Source of the DNA: Nitrosopumilus sp.
GTDB lineage: Archaea > Thermoproteota > Nitrososphaeria > Nitrososphaerales > Nitrosopumilaceae
Assembly: GCA_965197525.1 (NCBI GenBank)
Contig: OZ240211.1
Location: 128,001-192,000, forward strand
Length of the DNA: 64,000 nucleotides
Direction of reading: 5' to 3'
The notes beneath the pieces were generated by a model that was not told where the DNA came from, did no database searches, and worked only from the letters and a program-made list of their open reading frames with translations. Shown in pieces: positions 61,543 to 64,000 of this stretch (positions are counted from its first letter, which is position 1; every line of letters begins with the position of its first letter). A program made the translations under genes and the position numbers.

Positions 61543-62855
61543 CGGGTGTTGATCAGAAATTACACCCATAACACTAAATATAGAAACCTTAAACCGTAAT
61601 ACTTATTGAGAGCAATAAAGTCAATAGCACAAAAACATGCACCAAACTCTGACCTAATGGATATGATGATCACGTTCACAGACATGGTTAACCGTTGTAT
61701 CAAGATAGGGCTAAAGGAAGATACCCACAACATGAAACGGTTGTCTATGTTATGTTATCACGAATTACGTCACTACGACATCCTATCTTCATACAAACTC
61801 AATGCAATATCACGAGCGGCTGGCATCCTGGCAAACAGAGATCAGTCAGTCAAACGCGGTGTCAAAGTAAAAGATCCAATTATCAAAAATCCGTTTATCA
61901 CTAATTGTTACCGTATAAAACACAACGGCGCCTTACTCACAATTCCATACAAGCCAAGAAATCCAATTAACATCCTACTCAACGAACATACTCAAAAAAT
62001 ACTGTCGGATCCAGCCTTGAGAGTTCGCTCGTTTTCATTGACTGCTCTTAACATCAGTCTTTGTATTTCAAAAGAAGTACAGGAGATAGAGTGCACCAAA
62101 ACAGTAGGAGTAGACAGAAACCTTCGAAACGTCACATGCGGAAATGAAGAAGAGGTAACAGTCTACAAAACCAACAAGTTACTATCAATCAAAGAGAACA
62201 CAATACATGCCAGATCTGGTTTCCGTAGAAACGACAAAAGAAAGAAAGGTCAATTCTACAAAGAAAAACAGAGAAGAATGTCAAACAGAACAAAACAGTA
62301 CATACACAGAATCTCAAAAAACATAGTAGACAATGCAGTTAAGAAAAAAGCTGTCATTGTTCTAGAAAATCTAAAGGGAATTAGAAAACTGTACAGAAAA
62401 GGAAACGGTCAAGGCGACAAATACAGACGTAGATTGAACGGATGGCAATTCTTTGAACTACAAAGACAAATAGAGTACAAAGCCCAATGGGTCGGGCTAC
62501 CTGTAAAAACAGTAGACCCAAAAAACACGAGCACGCAGTGTCCAAGATGCGGAAAGAGACTCCAAGAGGACATGCAACAACATCGTAAATCATCGTGTAA
62601 TAATTGCGGTTTATTTATGGACAGGGATATCATCGCTGCCATGAACATATCACGCAAACTGTCTCCTAGGTTTAGAGATAGTAGAGATGGCATACATGAA
62701 GCGCAGTCCGGTGTTTTTGAACCGGCGATGGCGGAATCCTGCAGACCGGTAATCCGAATAGTCGATATGTCAAAGTCGAGTAGTCAATGTGTTGTTGATG
62801 GTTGTGGAATCTGACATGATCCTCAGCAGTCAACACCCGTTAACCCAACAGAACC
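61528..62855 (+). mobile_element. TnpB element E, close relative of D
   Basis: Right TIR identical to D (62830-62855); left TIR has a 1-nt deletion and 1 substitution. Flanks TAAATAAG (61520-61527) and TACATAAG (62856-62863) match 7/8. Confidence 0.86.
61606..62814 (+). CDS. tnpB: TnpB family protein
   Basis: GVDRN, VLENLKGIR, CPRC/CNNC and DRDIIAAMNI motifs. Confidence 0.92.
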   Translation: MRAIKSIAQKHAPNSDLMDMMITFTDMVNRCIKIGLKEDTHNMKRLSMLCYHELRHYDILSSYKLNAISRAAGILANRDQSVKRGVKVKDPIIKNPFITNCYRIKHNGALLTIPYKPRNPINILLNEHTQKILSDPALRVRSFSLTALNISLCISKEVQEIECTKTVGVDRNLRNVTCGNEEEVTVYKTNKLLSIKENTIHARSGFRRNDKRKKGQFYKEKQRRMSNRTKQYIHRISKNIVDNAVKKKAVIVLENLKGIRKLYRKGNGQGDKYRRRLNGWQFFELQRQIEYKAQWVGLPVKTVDPKNTSTQCPRCGKRLQEDMQQHRKSSCNNCGLFMDRDIIAAMNISRKLSPRFRDSRDGIHEAQSGVFEPAMAESCRPVIRIVDMSKSSSQCVVDGCGI

Positions 62856-62865
62856 TACATAAGAA

Positions 62866-63432
62866 ATGAATAACAATTCTGACGTAATCAAAACTGAGAT
62901 AATCAGAATACTCAATGAGAATGGAACTCTACGTGATATTGATCTTGTCAGACAAGTGGTCAAAAGAGTAGGCAATGAAAAAACTGTGTACAAAGAGATC
63001 GGTGCACTAGTTCAAGCAGGTGAGATCGAACGACGCGTTAACAGCAAAACATACATTGAATACGAGCTAGTTAATTTGTCCAAGGTAATAAGTAGCCAAT
63101 TAAAGGATCTATATCAAGATATTGAGATGATTTATACTAAGATCGATAATTTTCTAACCATATCTGATGAAGAGAGCTTTACCTTTTATGAGCGATTACG
63201 ATCTGTTATTCATCAAATACATATCGTACAGTCCACTGACGGAATTATGAGATTGCTTTCTTATTATCCTGCATTTAAAAAAGATCAAATGTATTCTCAG
63301 ATTACTAGAAAAATTACTGACTGTTGGGAGGCAATTATGGATAATATTGACCGCCAACCCGAAGACCGTTTTCTAAATGACGTTCTTGTAAATCTGAGAG
63401 TATCTCGACTTGACTCTAGAAATGAAAACTAG
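62866..63432 (+). CDS. Hypothetical protein with N-terminal winged helix
   Basis: IIRILNENGTLRDIDLVRQV..EKTVYKEIGALVQAGEIERR. Confidence 0.62.
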   Translation: MNNNSDVIKTEIIRILNENGTLRDIDLVRQVVKRVGNEKTVYKEIGALVQAGEIERRVNSKTYIEYELVNLSKVISSQLKDLYQDIEMIYTKIDNFLTISDEESFTFYERLRSVIHQIHIVQSTDGIMRLLSYYPAFKKDQMYSQITRKITDCWEAIMDNIDRQPEDRFLNDVLVNLRVSRLDSRNEN

Positions 63433-63460
63433 ATGATGCTGATATGATTTTTAAGTATAG

Positions 63461-63715
63461 GTGACTGCGGTTAGTCATATGGATGTCAAAGACGGTGATA
63501 CCTCAGACGAATCAAAAAAGAACCATATTTTGTATTATCGCTCTCTTGTGAAAATAATCTCTGATATTGAATTTGAGATGAGTCAGGAAGGTGAACCTGC
63601 CATCAAAAGCCATCTAGGTGATAGGATAGACGCTATGGAGAAAGACAAAAAACGAATAAGGGAGATGTTCCCAGACGTTACTGAGGAACAGTGGGAGGAT
63701 GGCAACATCAGCTGA
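63461..63715 (+). CDS. Hypothetical protein
   Basis: 84-aa coiled-coil-like ORF overlapping the start of the next ORF. Confidence 0.6.
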   Translation: MTAVSHMDVKDGDTSDESKKNHILYYRSLVKIISDIEFEMSQEGEPAIKSHLGDRIDAMEKDKKRIREMFPDVTEEQWEDGNIS

Positions 63716-63908
63716 AAAAAAGCACAACAAATACTTGGATCTACTTCATGACTACAAAATTCACCTAATAAAGTATATCGAGCACTTGGAGAAGCTCGAT
63801 AGAGAGTCACAGTTTGCAAAGGAGTGGAATAAATCAATTATTCAAGAGAGGCGAGATGAGGTACGAATTATAGACAGGATTTTAAAGAATCTTATACGTT
63901 TTTCCTAA
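63699..63908 (+). CDS. Hypothetical protein
   Basis: 69-aa helical ORF. Confidence 0.55.
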   Translation: MATSAEKKHNKYLDLLHDYKIHLIKYIEHLEKLDRESQFAKEWNKSIIQERRDEVRIIDRILKNLIRFS

Positions 63909-64000
63909 TACGTTTTTGGTTATTATTGTATCATCATCATCATCATCATTATCATTATCAGTTGTTGTCTAGATGCAGTAAAGAAAAATATAATGATCGT

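Noticed and set aside
1-64000. tRNA, rRNA or CRISPR arrays
   Set aside because: No cloverleaf, rRNA-like or repeat-spacer pattern was recognised by eye; a tRNAscan/cmscan run would be needed to exclude them fully.

Overview
A 64-kb window from an ammonia-oxidising archaeon (Nitrosopumilaceae-like Thaumarchaeota). The assignment rests on the methylmalonyl-CoA mutase/epimerase genes, archaeal PolB, ThrRS and TPI, ribosomal protein S25e, parvulin, a PEFG-CTERM cupredoxin and A-type ATPase subunit A. The high IS load and a 3965-aa DUF285/Ig/P-domain/FG-GAP surface protein suggest a host-associated lineage (inference). The main result is five TnpB-bearing elements (15852-16348, 36081-37368, 51539-52854, 54311-55642, 61528-62855) that lack IS200/IS605 architecture. 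Each has no transposase and is bounded by its own 20-26 bp terminal inverted repeats (TIRs) starting GG(T/C)TCTGT, resembling IS6-family ends. Three have perfect 8-bp target-site duplications (TSDs), one has a 7/8 match and one has none. The four full-length TnpBs keep all three RuvC acidic residues. The putative omegaRNA scaffold shows compensatory base changes and ends inside the element, so the predicted guide would be carried within the transposon rather than taken from flanking DNA. The window also contains an AbiE-like type IV toxin-antitoxin (TA) pair with a palindrome around its TATA box, an intact IS630 inserted into one of the TSDs, a HicB-HicA module, a DUF3800-like fragment followed by a long hairpin, an IS110 remnant, and an atpA outside an ATPase operon. 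All calls come from reading the sequence; no database searches were run.
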